From NCBI GenBank assembly GCA_964016885.1, contig OZ024743.1, positions 227,292,001 to 227,356,000 on the forward strand: a stretch of 64,000 nucleotides of DNA. Direction: 5' to 3'. This DNA comes from Eledone cirrhosa. Its lineage: Eukaryota. This document shows, piece after piece, positions 12,573-25,430 of the stretch (position 1 is the first letter of the stretch; each line of letters begins with the position of its first letter). Made by a program: the position numbers and the translations under genes. The notes under the pieces were generated by a model that saw only the letters and a program-made list of their open reading frames with translations, did no database searches and was not told the origin of the DNA.

Positions 12573-12775
12573 GGCGGTGGATTGGCAGAATCAGTAGAGC
12601 GTCGGACACCATACTGTGCAGCAAAGAGTTACGGTCATTTATGATCTGAGTTCAAATCCCACCGAGGTTAACTTTGCCTTTCATCCTTACGGGGTCGATA
12701 AAATAAAGTCGGTTTAAAACGACTTTCCCCTCCCCTCAAATTTCTGGCCTTGTGCCAATACTAGAAATCATTATT
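12573..12775 (+). mobile_element. tRNA-derived SINE, near full length
   Basis: GGCGGTGGATTGGCAGAATC (A-box-like), GAGTTCAAATCCC (B-box), family core and tail. Confidence 0.85.
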
Positions 12776-13103
12776 ATTGTTGTTATTGCTATAGTTGATG
12801 TTGTTGTTGTTGTTACTGTTGGTGACATAGTTGTTGTTGTTGTTGTTGTTGTTACAGTTGGTGATATAGTTGTTATTGTTGTTGGTAGTGGTGATGATAT
12901 AGTTGTTGTTGTTGTTGTTGGTGGTCGTGATATAGTTGTTGTTGTTGTTGCTGTTGGTGATATAGTTGTTGTTGTTGTTGTTGTTGTTGTTGTTACTGTT
13001 GGTGATATAGTTGTTATTGTTGTTGGTGGTGGTGATGATATAGTTGTTGTTGTTGTTGTTGGTGGTGGTGATATAGTTGTTGTTGTTGCTGTTGGTGATA
13101 TAG

Positions 13104-13135
<32 letters not shown>

Positions 13136-13346
13136 ACTGTTGGTGATATAGTTGTTGTTGTTGTTTTTGCTGTGGTGATATAGTTGTTTTTATAATTATT
13201 GTTATCATTGTTGTTTTTGTTGTTGGTGATGTGATTATCAGAGTTGTTGTTGTTGGTGGTGGTGATGATGAATTGCGGTGATGTGATTATCAGAATTGTT
13301 GTTGTTATTGTTGTTGGTGGTGATGATGTGATTATCAGAGTTTTTG

Positions 13347-13378
<32 letters not shown>

Positions 13379-13412
13379 GGTGATGGTGTCATTAACAGAG
13401 TTGTTGTTGATG
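12776..13412. repeat. Compound (GTT/GGT)n trinucleotide repeat with recurring GGTGATATAGTT unit
   Basis: Direct inspection; the Thr/Val-rich ORFs are artefacts. Confidence 0.9.
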
Positions 13413-13798
13413 TCGTTGCCATCCTTATCAATTCTACCATCTTTACTACCCGTTGCTGTTATCAATACCACCATATCACGAGATCACACCAACCTTTCAT
13501 TTATTACATGTCATTTCAACAGTTGTCTTTTCATTTCACCCTATTTTCTTCCTTTTCATTTCTTGATATTTTTCGTCGTTTTGTAGTTTTTTTTATTTTC
13601 TTTTATTTTTATTTTCTATATATGTATTTTTATTTTATTATATTTCATTTTAGTTGTTGCTCTTTTGATTTTTTTTTTCTAGCTTTTAACTTCTTCCTTT
13701 TGTTTGCCTAATTAACTTCTCTGTCTAATTCATTCCATTTCATTCTTTTCATATGTTTCTTGCATTCTGTATCGAAAGTTTCTGCCCCCCCCCCTCTC

Positions 13799-13838
<40 letters not shown>

Positions 13839-13991
13839 ATGCTTAATACAGAAAAGGCTTCTACAGGCCTTGAACTGTTTTCTTGAAATGAAAGGGATTT
13901 ACACTCTACTAATGTATTGAGTACCTTACTAACTGTGGTTACCTCCCACACACTCTCTCTCTCTCTCTCTTACACACGCACACACACATAT

Positions 13992-14084
<93 letters not shown>

Positions 14085-14238
14085 TATAACGGAATATGAT
14101 ATAGAAATGGCTTCAACGGGACTAGAACCGCTTCATTCGTATGAAATCATTCTCATACGAATGCAACATTTCTTGTCATATAAAAGCGATTTCTCGTCTA
14201 TATTTCATTGTTCTAATTCTACTTGCATTACTCATATA

Positions 14239-14296
<58 letters not shown>

Positions 14297-14663
14297 TAAT
14301 GCAAGTAGTTTAGCGGTATTCCCTGTACCTTGATAAACACACACACTATCTTGTGTGTTATCTTCTCTATGTTATATTTGAAGAGCCCAGGATTCGTTTT
14401 CCTTTGAGCTCATGAGTTACAGGGACTAACGCGAGTTTCTGACTCCGTTACTTATTTTGATATCTTGCTCCTAACTATGGTCTTCTCTCTCTCTGTTTTG
14501 TCGAGCACCTTTATTTCAGTGGTTTTCGGCTGCGTTTTCTAGCGTCTCATCCTACCCAAGCCACAAGTTTACTGTCCCATGCACACATTTCCTTCTCTCT
14601 CCCAGGTGTTGCAAGGCAGTTATTTTAAGTTCTCTTAGAGTTGTTTGGAATCTATTCACTTAC

Positions 14664-14746
14664 CACACACGCTGATGAACCTGGGTGAGTTCAATCCAAA
14701 CACTAATCTTTTAGCGAAACAACCTCTCTGAATTTGTACGTGTGTG
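14664..14746 (+). ncRNA. Type I hammerhead ribozyme in (TA)n-flanked element 14293-14846
   Basis: Perfect 8-bp stem I CACACACG/CGUGUGUG; CUGAUGA; GAAA; stem III CAA..UUG; GUA; stem II weak or decayed. Confidence 0.75.
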
Positions 14747-14780
14747 ATATGTAAAGGTGGGTAAATTCATTCTGATTTAT

Positions 14781-14931
14781 ATTTATACTTTGAGCTTGTT
14801 AATTGCAGGGTATCAATATGAGTTAATAACTCTATATTTTATTTGTATATATATATATATATACACAAATAAAATATAGAGTTATTTACTCATATTGATA
14901 CCCTGTAATTAACAAGCTCAAAGTATAAATA
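14781..14931. repeat. ~65-bp inverted repeat centred on a short (TA)n
   Basis: ATTTATACTTTGAGCTTGTTAATT..TATTTGT versus ACAAATA..AATTAACAAGCTCAAAGTATAAAT. Confidence 0.85.
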
Positions 14932-14956
14932 CTGAGCATTATAATAATAATATAAT

Positions 14957-15090
14957 ACGGCCATTGCCATTCTGAGTTCAAATGCCGCCGAGGTTAACTT
15001 TGTCTTTCATCCTTACGCGGTCGATAAAATAAAGTACCAGTAATGTACTGGGTAATTGCTGGCCTTGTGGTAAAAGTAGAAACAATTATA
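14957..15090 (+). mobile_element. tRNA-derived SINE, 5'-truncated
   Basis: B-box, family core, tail and (ATA)n. Confidence 0.8.
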
Positions 15091-15096
15091 ATAATA

Positions 15097-15400
15097 ATAT
15101 ATGTAGAAATAAACACAGTAAATTCTGCTTCTAAAATTACGAGGGTAGATTATACCACAAATGTTTTATATATTTAAACTGAAGCATACAGTAAGATACA
15201 AAATTTCATATACAGACCGTATCAATAACGATTTCATCTATCGGACAAACACAATTTTCAGGACGAAACAGATTAAATCTATAGTCTGACCGAATCGGTC
15301 TGTATATGAAATGTTGTATCTTACTGTATGCTTCAGTTTAATATAAAACATTTGTGGTAATTTTAGACGCAGAATTTACTGTGTTTATTTCTACATATAT
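15097..15400. repeat. ~105-120-bp inverted repeat with ~75-bp spacer, next to (TA)n
   Basis: 15097-15220 is the reverse complement of 15296-15400 apart from a small indel; no convincing HHR core found. Confidence 0.8.
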
Positions 15401-15477
15401 TATATATATATATATATATATGTATAAGAAACAAATCTGGACCACGATGGCTGAGCTCCTGCCATTTCAACGAAAGA

Positions 15478-15609
15478 CCAGCGGCTAAGGCCGTCTGGTG
15501 GTGTCCAACAGCAGCAATGAGGACAATCGTCGATGCGCATTTCGAAATTCGCATCGACGATTGTCCCCCTTGCTTCTGCTGGACAACACCAGACGGCGTT
15601 AGCTGCTGG
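15478..15609. repeat. GC-rich 132-nt fold-back (centre 15543/15544) between (TA)n tracts
   Basis: CCAGCGGCTAA-GCCGTCTGGTG-TGTCCA..GGACAATCGTCGATGCG pairs in register with the downstream arm; isolated mismatches, no indels. Confidence 0.85.
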
Positions 15610-15659
15610 AGTTTTGGTATAGCTATGGCTCTCCAAATGTCTATTTTAAACATTCCGTA

Positions 15660-15740
<81 letters not shown>

Positions 15741-15952
15741 GCATATGTTATCTAGATGTTGAATATATTGCTGACAAATTTTATTTTAATATGATATTTA
15801 CTATAATTTAAGACAATTTACGTTGGCTGCTATTTCTAGTGACAATTTTCGACTCACTTTGTCTGTGACTCTGTTGTTCATCATGCTGGTACAACAGAAA
15901 CACATGCTGTTCAGCAACCTTTAATATATCCTTTTTAATATAATAATCAGAA

Positions 15953-16046
15953 CTCCTCCGATGATTGATGTTCCGGTTGTATGGACTGCCTTAATATATT
16001 CAGATGCTCAGTTCTGTTCTTTTGCTTATGAAACTGCAGTAAGGTG
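15953..16046 (+). ncRNA. Decayed hammerhead motif (core CCGAUGA)
   Basis: CUCCU-CCGAUGA..GAAA-CUGCAG-UA-AGGUG; palindromic stem III and GUA triplet; stem II unclear. Confidence 0.5.
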
Positions 16047-16429
16047 AATATTTGCTGAGCCCTCTAGCTTTGATTTGCTTAACGAAATCTTTACCCCCTA
16101 GGGTATGATACTTGTGAATCTTTTCTTATTTTAGATTATTATTTTGCCGGGATAGCGAAACATTTACATAAAGTATTTCTTGGGCGCTAGAGAGATATTA
16201 TAGAGGTTAGAACTTCGTAGAAGGGCTGCTCATCTTTTACTTTTTTAGTGTTAGAAATGTATCATAGAAGAGAAAGTTTTATACTGAGGGGTGGGGATAA
16301 GTTCGCAATGCTAATTTGTAGACGGCGTTCTTCCATTTATGCAGAATGTATTTCAGCACGTGGGGCAGCGGTTGAAAATGTCGGTCCTCATACATAGGTA
16401 CGCTTTCATAGTATGTAAACGTCTTAAGT

Positions 16430-16463
<34 letters not shown>

Positions 16464-17182
16464 AAAGAAAAGAAAATGTTCACTCTACATGGCTGAATAC
16501 AATAAATGAACCCTTGTAAACGGAAATGTTTACATGCCAACACAAGAGCAAGAATGAAGGATTCATTCTACTGACATGGCTTTAAAACTGAGGGTTGTTT
16601 GCATAATTGCAAACGAATTGAATGTTATTATCAATATTCGGAAAACTCAGATTACATTTATTATATATATAAGATCCCGTTAAGTGTGAAAGCAGCGATT
16701 CTTTGCTTAAACTTTAATCTGTTATTATCAATTTTTATATATTTTTATATATTTTTTCATTTATTTCCTCATATATTTCTATATATCTATCTTTATTTTT
16801 ATTTATATTTATTCATGTATTAACAATTATTCATCTATTTGCGCCTCTACCTTCTTCTCTCTATCCTAGTTCTACTTGTGTTTGTCTATCATATTCATCT
16901 ATTTGTGCCTCCACATTCTTCTCTCTATCCTACGCTATCTCTACTTATGTTTGTCTATCATATTCTATACATCTTATTTTTAGCTGTAATAATACCTTCT
17001 TTTTCCTCTTCTTTCTCTATTTCTTTTTCTTTTTCCTTCTTCTTCTTTCTTCTTCCTTTCCCTTCTCTCTTTACTATATCTATCTCCCTTCCTTTTTTTT
17101 TCTCTCTATATCTTTATTATTAATATTATTATTGATGTTGTAATTTGAATTTGTAAATTTGCCGGTTACATATATATTTTTT

Positions 17183-17296
17183 AACAGTTTCTGAAGATAT
17201 GATGCGGCCAACATGTATTTTAAATTGAGTGGCACTACTTTCAGTGTTTAGCAATTTTTAGACAACTCTATCAGTGAAACAATTGTTAGACTTGTT
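17183..17296 (+). ncRNA. Type I hammerhead ribozyme with long stem II
   Basis: AACAGUUU-CUGAAGA-(UAUGAU..AUCAGU)-GAAA-CAAUUG-UU-AGACUUGUU; (TA)n ~200 nt downstream. Confidence 0.65.
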
Positions 17297-17494
17297 TGTA
17301 CTGTTGACCATGTTATTCTCCACTTTTTCAATTTTATTACGCCAAGATAAACTTACATAGGAATACAAGTGAAATCATAAACTCGTCATCTACGTAAACC
17401 TCTTGTTGAGTCAAGCAACGCCGTACGCTAGAACTATCCATAATAAGAGGTATTCACAACCTCTAATTGGATTACCTATAACGATATCTTGTTA

Positions 17495-17523
<29 letters not shown>

Positions 17524-17530
<7 letters not shown>

Positions 17531-19880
17531 CGACTTCACCTCTTCCCACCCTACGCACACTAAGCATTCTATTCCCTACTCCCAACTCCTCAGGATCCGC
17601 CGCCTCTGTAGCCGAGATGCTGACTTTGAGTCCCAGGCCCTTTCCCTAGTCATCCATTTCATCCACAGAGGTTACCCCCCTCTCTCGTCCATACCGCTCT
17701 CACCGCGCCCGTGCTGTCCACCGCTCCACCCCCCTCACCCCCACGCCACAGCACACCCACCCACCGTCTCCCCTTCCCTATCACCTACCACCCCTCCATC
17801 CTACTCCTCCACCGCACCATCCTCCGCCTCTTCCAACGCCTCCAGTCCGACCCCTCCCCCTCCCACATCTTCCAATCCCCACCACTTCCCTCCTTCAAAC
17901 GCGCACGCAATCTCCACACCTTCCTCGTCCGCAGCTCCCCAAAACGACGTCCCCCCCCGGTTCTCTTCCCTGTTCCAGGCCTCGTTGCAACACCTGTCAC
18001 CACATTACCAACACCACCACCTTCCATGGTCCCAACGGCCACTCTCTCTGTGTCCGGCACGCCTTCCGCTGCACCTCCTCCAACCTAATCTATGGACGTC
18101 GCCTGGCGGACCGTTTTACCGAACACCTCCGGTAGTTCCCCCATCGCTCGCGACTTTGGTGCCCCTGGACATTCCGCGCACCACCTCACAGTCTGTGGCC
18201 TACTCCAATGCCACGGAACACCCGCCACCCTCCTCAGGGTCGAACAACGCACCATCTTCACCCTACAGACCCACACTCCCCCCGACCTGAACTCCCCACC
18301 CCTATTCCTTTAGCCTTCACCCCCCCCCCCCCACACACACACATATCCCCACTAACACCGCTAACACACCCCTCATTTTCACCGCCCACCCCACAACTAA
18401 CAATACTAACACCCCCACCCCACACCCGACCACCCTTCCTCAACTAACAAAACTAACATCCCTCCTTTCTTCTCCCCCTCCCCTTATCACGCACACACCA
18501 ACCGGTACATATATACACGCACTCACACTAGCCACACACCCTACTACCACCACTAACCCTCACACCCACACATCCACTCCCACCACTCCACGACTAATAC
18601 CACTAACACCCCCGCCGACCCCACGCACACGAACACACACACCCACTTACACCACCCATTCTACACACCCTACCACCCCTGACCCCCACTAACACCCGCA
18701 TTCAACCCTTTCCCCACCACCAGTATACTAACACCCACTAACACCCCCTTCACCACACACACACTCATCCAAACACGCACACACACACCAGTACACTACA
18801 TACCCTCCATCGGCCCCCACACCTTTCTCTCGCCCTCCCATCCCCGCTCCCCCCACACCCCTTCTCACACACACACACATACGCATCCCACCAACACCTC
18901 TACTAATACACCCCCCCTCAACATTCCACATTTCACACCTACCCATCCTCTCCCCTGTCCACCGCACCTCCGCACACACTGACACACCGACTTTCTCCAC
19001 TTGCCATTCCCCCCGTCTGCTGCAATGCCCTGACCCTCTGACCACCTCTCTACACACACAGACACACAACCCTCCTCCTGCCTTGACCCTCTGACCACTT
19101 CCTGTTGCGCGTGCACCCCACATCTCCCCTATTCCGACCAACCCAACCACGGATTACACACATTGGACATCGCTCCCACGAATCAACTCCATCACAAGGA
19201 GATTACCCGGCATCCCACCACATCCTCTACGGAACTACCTTAGGAACTCACCCACGGACATACACTAAAAAAGATTTTTTTCCCACATGCCACCTACATC
19301 CACAATACGTATAAACACCACACACACGTGCGTACCACCACATATTTACACACTCAGCCTCCGGAATCCTCTCCTCCCCTCCCCCACCCCTCTGACCCCT
19401 CCCCATCCATGCACGCACACACACACCGACCTACACCCCACCCCACACACACCTTTTCCTGAACATGCAACCCCGTTCTTCCCCCAACTCTCACATTCAC
19501 ATACACACACACACACACGTACACCTACACACACACACCACCTCCCCGCTCGGACACCCCGCCTCCCTCTCCCCACTCCACCCGCCACCATCCCTACACG
19601 CCACACAACCTTCCACCACTTGTTTTACTTCAGGTTTATTTTTATTTTTATTATGCTTTTATATTTATTTTCATTTGTACCGTTTCCTCTCATCCCCTTT
19701 TTTCTAAATGTCTCTTCCCCACTCCCCGACACACCCTTGGAACTCTCTTCCCACACACTTTTCGCCTGAAGAAGGGCCCCTAAACGTCGTTTTCCACCAC
19801 CAGCCCACTCTCAAGAGCGTGAAACTAATAAACCTTTGTTCGTACTGCCTCTCTGTTTTGTTCCCGTTCAATTTTTCACT
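17524..19880 (+). mobile_element. 5'-truncated Neptune-like Penelope element inserted in (TA)n: RT C-terminus, Cys linker, partly deleted GIY-YIG, ~1.5-kb C/A-rich 3' region
   Basis: YLDFTSSHPTHTKHSIPYSQLLRIRRLCS..RGYP; RLPFPITYHP; FKRARNLHTFLVRS; PCSRPRCNTCH; GRRLADRFTEHL; GHSAHHLTVCGL..EQRTIFTLQTHTPPDLN; (TA)n on both sides; AATAAA near 3' end. Confidence 0.9.
19766..19789 (+). ncRNA. Decayed minimal hammerhead core at the 3' end of the Neptune-like element
   Basis: CUGAAGA-AGGGCCCC-UAAA-CG-UC; GAAA mutated, stem I not evident; position typical of PLE terminal repeats. Confidence 0.4.
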
Positions 19881-19996
19881 ATATATATATATATATATAT
19901 ATAACGAAGGAAATGTGGTAAGGAACCAGGTGGACCATAACGCACCAAAGTACTCAATACTTGAGGTAGTAGAGTGGGTAATAGGAACCAGTAAGA

Positions 19997-20039
19997 CCCC
20001 GACAGCTGAGCTCAAGCCGTTTCGACGGCTAATTCTGGA

Positions 20040-20043
<4 letters not shown>
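19997..20043 (-). ncRNA. 5'-truncated hammerhead (3' part of core only)
   Basis: (TA)n joined to UGA-GUCC..CGUC-GAAA-CGGC-UUGAGCUCA-GCUG-UC-GGGG. Confidence 0.5.
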
Positions 20044-20085
<42 letters not shown>

Positions 20086-20153
20086 AAAGTTAGTCCATAG
20101 AATCATTTGATAAAATATATATACTATTTTTTCTCCCAATCAGCATAATCAAC

Positions 20154-20223
<70 letters not shown>

Positions 20224-20303
20224 GTAAACAGAAATAACAACACAATCGGTACAGTATATGGAAGGAATATATTGGTTCAACGCTTGAAATAGCAGGAAGG
20301 GGG

Positions 20304-20339
20304 TCTTAACATTTCGGACGCTACTCCTTCATCAGAAGA
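20304..20339 (-). ncRNA. Minimal type I hammerhead ribozyme (dimer type)
   Basis: UCUU-CUGAUGA-AGGA/GUAGCG/UCC-GAAA-UG-UU-AAGA; AAUGUU is probably a CpG-decayed AACGUU palindrome. Confidence 0.65.
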
Positions 20340-21079
20340 AAGAATGAGAAATTAGATAGATTGAAGGGACGGGTGGGGTGGAATTGGAAACATGTCATTA
20401 GATAAAAATAACAGGTCCATTCATGTTACCATCTCTTGGAAAACTGTTATTGCTGGCGTTTTGTGTATGATATATATATACACTCACACACATAGATGAA
20501 CAATGAATGAATATGAGGGTGGCTACGAATGTTTTAAGCTGTGATCGTGTCACAAGTATCTCAGCAGCTGTATAAGAACGCCAGATTTTCGGTGTTTCAG
20601 GATTTTTCTCCATCAAAGCTAATGTTTTTTTTTCACTTGTTACTGAGACAAGATTAAGGTAAGCTGAGAGAATAAACCTCGCCGATGGGTTCTGTGCCAC
20701 CACATGGCATCATTGGCAGCTTCAATTTCTTTTCTTTCTTAATATATATTCTGGACGAACCAAGATTTTTTATGGTAATTTGAAACTTGGAAACCTTCTC
20801 TGAGCGCGAGAAATTGACTGTCCAAAATGCTAAACATATCCAATACTCTCAGCCTATCTCTGGCATAGAATTACTCTAAGAATGTATGTATCTGTAGTAT
20901 ACTCACCCTCTTACTTTTTAGTACAACGGATAAACCGAACAACTGGATCTCTCATTATCGAAACTGATAAAAATCCAGTTATACTACTGGTATTATTGCA
21001 ATTAAAATTAGCTCTACTGCTACTGCTACGGTTAGTATTTCTTCTGCTACCATTGCAGCTATTATTGTTACTATTACAA

Positions 21080-22740
21080 CAGTAATGGCTACTTCTGTCA
21101 TTTCTACTAGTGCTGCTACTACTAATACTGCTACTGCTGTTACAACTACCAGTAATACTTCTCTTATTGGACTTCTGCTATCTTTCCAGCTATTATTGTT
21201 ATTAAAATTACAACAGTAATGGCTACTTCTACTGCCATTTCTACCATTGGTGCTGCTACTACTACTACTAGTGCTGTTACTGCTACTACTAATGCTGCTA
21301 CTGTTGTTACAACTACCAGTAATACTTCTCTTATTGTACTTCTGCTATTTTTTTCTAATTCCGCTACTGTCGCTACAGTTGCTGCTGTTGTTATTTCTCT
21401 TACTGCTGCTGCTGCTGCTGCTGTTACTACTGCTGCTGCTGTTACTACTGATGCTGTTGTTGTTACTGCTGTTGTTGTTACTTCTCTTACTGCTGCTGCT
21501 GCTGTTACTACTGCTGCTGCTGTTACTACTGCTGCTGTTGTTGTTACTTCTCGTACTGCTGCTGCTGTTACTACTGCTGCTGTTGTTGTTACTTCTCTTA
21601 CTGCTGCTGCTGTTACTACTGCTGCTGCTGTTACTACTGCTGCTGCTGTTACTACTGCTGTTGTTGTTACTTCTCTTACTGCTGCTGCTACCACTGTTAC
21701 TGCTACTGCTCCTGCTGCTGTTACTACTGCTGTTACTACTGCTGCTACTACTGCTGCTGCTGCTGTTACTACTGCTGCTGCTGTGTTACTGCTGCTGTTG
21801 TTGTTACTTCTCTTACTGCTGCTGCAACCACTGTTACTGCCGCTGCTACTCCTGCTGCTGTTGTTGCTACTGCTGTTGCTACCACTGTTACTACTGCTGC
21901 TACCACTGTTACTGCTGCTGCTACCACTGTTACTACTGCTACTGCTGCTGTTACTACTGCTGCTGCTGTTACTACTGCTGTTGTTGTTACTACTCTTACT
22001 GCTGCTTCTGTCACTGTTACTCCTACACCTGCTACTACTGCTGCTGCTGCTACTATTGCTGCTGTTACTAGCGCTTCTACTGTTTCTGCTACTATTGCTG
22101 CTGCTAATATTTCTGCTGCTACTGTTGCTGCTGCTGTTACTGCTGCTGCTGTTTTTACTTCTGCTGCTGTTGTTACTACTGCTGCTACTATTGCTGCTGC
22201 TACTGTTGTTGCTGCTGTTACTACTGCTGCTGTTGTTATTACTGCTGCTACTATTGCTGCTGCTCTTACTGCTGCTGCTGTTTTTACTTCTGCTGCTGTT
22301 GTTACTACTGCTGCTACTATTGCTGCTGCTACTGTTGTTGCTGCTGTTACTACTGCTGCTGTTGTTATTACTGCTGCTACTATTGCTGCTGCTCTTACTG
22401 CTGCTGCTGTTTTTACTTCTGCTGCTGTTGTTACTACTGCTGCTACTATTGCTGCTGCTACTGTTGTTGCTGCTGTTACTACTGCTGCTGTTGTTACTAC
22501 TGCTGCTACTATTGCTGCTGCTACTGTTGTTGCTGCTGTTACTACTGCTGCTGTTGTTATTACTGCTGCTGTTTTAACTAATTCTGCTGCTGTTACTAAA
22601 TCTGATGCTGTTAATACAGCTGCTGCTAGTGCTGCCACTATTGCTGCTGCTGTTATTACTGCTGCTGTTATTTCTACTCATACTGCAGCTTCTGCCACTG
22701 CTGCTGTCGTCGCTACTACTACTACTACTACTACTACTAT

Positions 22741-22775
<35 letters not shown>

Positions 22776-22797
22776 TTACTACTACTACTACTACTAT

Positions 22798-22859
<62 letters not shown>

Positions 22860-23108
22860 GTACTTATGCTGCTGCTGATGCTGCTGCTGCTGCTGCTACT
22901 GCTGCTGTAGCTGTGTCTGTTTCTGCTTCTGCTAATATTAATGTTGTTGCTACTGCTATTGCTACTACGGCTACTACTGTTGCTACTGCTTCTATCGTTG
23001 CTGCTACTGCTGCAACTGCACCTAATACTGCTGTTGCTGCAACTACTGCTACTACTAATATTGCTACGACTATTATTACTACTGCTGCTGCTACTACTAT
23101 TATTACTT
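21080..23108. repeat. Compound (CTG/CTA/TTG)n low-complexity array with higher-order duplications
   Basis: Direct inspection; poly-Leu and Ala/Thr/Val ORFs are open on both strands simply because the repeat lacks stops. Confidence 0.9.
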
Positions 23109-23116
23109 CTGGTAAT

Positions 23117-23692
23117 TGGTGTGGATTGGCAGTATCCGTAGAGCGTCGGATAACATGCTATGTGGCATAGAGTTACGCCCCTTTACGTTCTGAGTTCAAA
23201 TCCCCATCTAGGTTAGCTTTGCCTTTAATTCTTACGGGATTTATACAATATAACACCAGTAATACTCTGGGGTCGAATTAATCGACTGATAAGATTGCTG
23301 GCCTTTTGCCTAAAGTAGGGATCATTATTACTGTTGGTAATGTGGGCGGTGGATTGGCAGCATAGAGTTACGGCCCTTTATGGTCTGAGTTCAAATCCCG
23401 CCGAGGTTAACTTTGCCTTTCATCCTTACGGAGTCGATAAAATAAAGTACCAGTAATACACTGGAATAATTGCTGGCCTTGTGCAAAAGTAGAAACAATT
23501 ATTACTGGATTGGCAGTATCGGTAGAGGGTCGGACGCCATGCTTTGCAGCATAGAGTTATGGCCCTTGCCATTCTGAGTTCAAATCCCGCCAAGGTTAAA
23601 TTTGCCTTTCATTCTTACGTGGTCGATAAAATAAAGTACCAGTAATGTACTGGGTATTTGCTGGCCTTGTGCCAAAAAGTAGAAAGAACTAT
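23117..23692 (+). mobile_element. Three head-to-tail tRNA-derived SINE copies
   Basis: TGGATTGGCAG heads near 23120, 23348 and 23506, each followed by B-box, core and tail; the middle copy has an internal deletion. Confidence 0.85.
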
Positions 23693-23867
23693 TACTGCTG
23701 GTAATGATTCCGCTGCTATCACTGTTACTAGTACATACATTGTAGTCACTACTGCAGCCTCTACTACAGCTGCCCATCTTAGTACTACCACTTCTGTCAT
23801 AACTGCTACTACATTTATCACTTCATCAGTTGTTGTTACTACCACTGCTAATGTCCTTCTGGCGGTT

Positions 23868-23955
23868 GCTCTTCTTCTTCTTCTTCTTCTTCTTCTACTA
23901 CTACCGCCACCCCCACCACCACCATCATCACTACTACTACTACCAACACCACCAT

Positions 23956-24024
<69 letters not shown>

Positions 24025-24081
24025 CATCACTACTTCTACTACTACTACTACTACTGCTACTACTACTACTACTACTATTAC

Positions 24082-24114
<33 letters not shown>

Positions 24115-24204
24115 ATCCACCACCACAACCACCGCCACCGCCACCACCACCACCACAACCACCGCCGCCACCACAACCACCGCCGCCACCACCACCACCA
24201 CCAT

Positions 24205-24252
<48 letters not shown>

Positions 24253-24263
24253 CATCACTACTT

Positions 24264-24327
<64 letters not shown>

Positions 24328-24429
24328 ATCCACCACATCCACCACCACAACCACCGCCACCGCCACCACCACCACCACCACAACCACCGCCGCCACCACA
24401 ACCACCGCCGCCACCACCACCACCACCAT

Positions 24430-24483
<54 letters not shown>

Positions 24484-24503
24484 CATCACTACTACTACTA
24501 CTA

Positions 24504-24543
<40 letters not shown>

Positions 24544-24648
24544 ATCCACCACCACAACCACCACCGCCACCGCCACCATCACCACAACCACCGCCGCCAC
24601 CACAACCACCGCCGCCACCACCACCACCACCACCACCACCACCACCAT

Positions 24649-24690
<42 letters not shown>

Positions 24691-24790
24691 ATCCACCACC
24701 ACAACCACCACCACCACCACAACCACCGCCGCCACCACAACCACCGCCGCCAACACCACCACCACCACCACTACTACTACCACCATTACT
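23868..24790. repeat. Compound (CTA)n/(CCA)n array with a higher-order unit
   Basis: Alternating CTA runs and CCACATCCACCACCACAACCACCGCC blocks, about 4 times. Confidence 0.9.
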
Positions 24791-25052
24791 TCAGTGATTA
24801 TCTACACTACAACTAGTATATTACAGCACATGCTGGTGCTAAGGAAGTTGGTGGCCATGATGACAATGATGATGATAATAAGGATGATGCCACTTCTATA
24901 TAATTTTACATAAGACATATCACTGAACGAACAGGCAGATATATTTATGCAAATTAATATATACATACGTGCATAAACACACACACAAACACGCGCATAC
25001 ACACACGCACACAATCACACACACACACATATATATATAATATATGTGTATG

Positions 25053-25088
<36 letters not shown>

Positions 25089-25384
25089 TTGTATATATAT
25101 ATACATTATGTATTATATATGTATTATATATAGGTATTATATATACAGTATGTATTATATATATATATTATATATATATATATATAATCTATATATATGT
25201 AATACATATATGTGCATACACACGCACACGCACACACATACACACATATATATATGTATGTATAAATATATGTATATTTATATATATATATATATATATG
25301 TGTGTGTATGTGTGTGAGTGTGTTTGTGTGTGTGAGTTTGTGTGTGTGTGTGTATGTTTGTGTGTGCATGTGTGTATGAGTGTC

Positions 25385-25430
<46 letters not shown>

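Noticed and set aside
15097-15400. Inverted repeat as another HHR pair
   Set aside because: No CUGANGA/GAAA core with closing stems found on either strand; kept only as a repeat.
20398-20703. 101-aa minus-strand ORF upstream of a minimal HHR
   Set aside because: Could be a PLE C-terminal remnant, but no convincing motif.
21219-24816. Long poly-Leu, Ala/Thr, Pro/Leu and His/Tyr ORFs
   Set aside because: Stop-free trinucleotide repeats, open in several frames on both strands.
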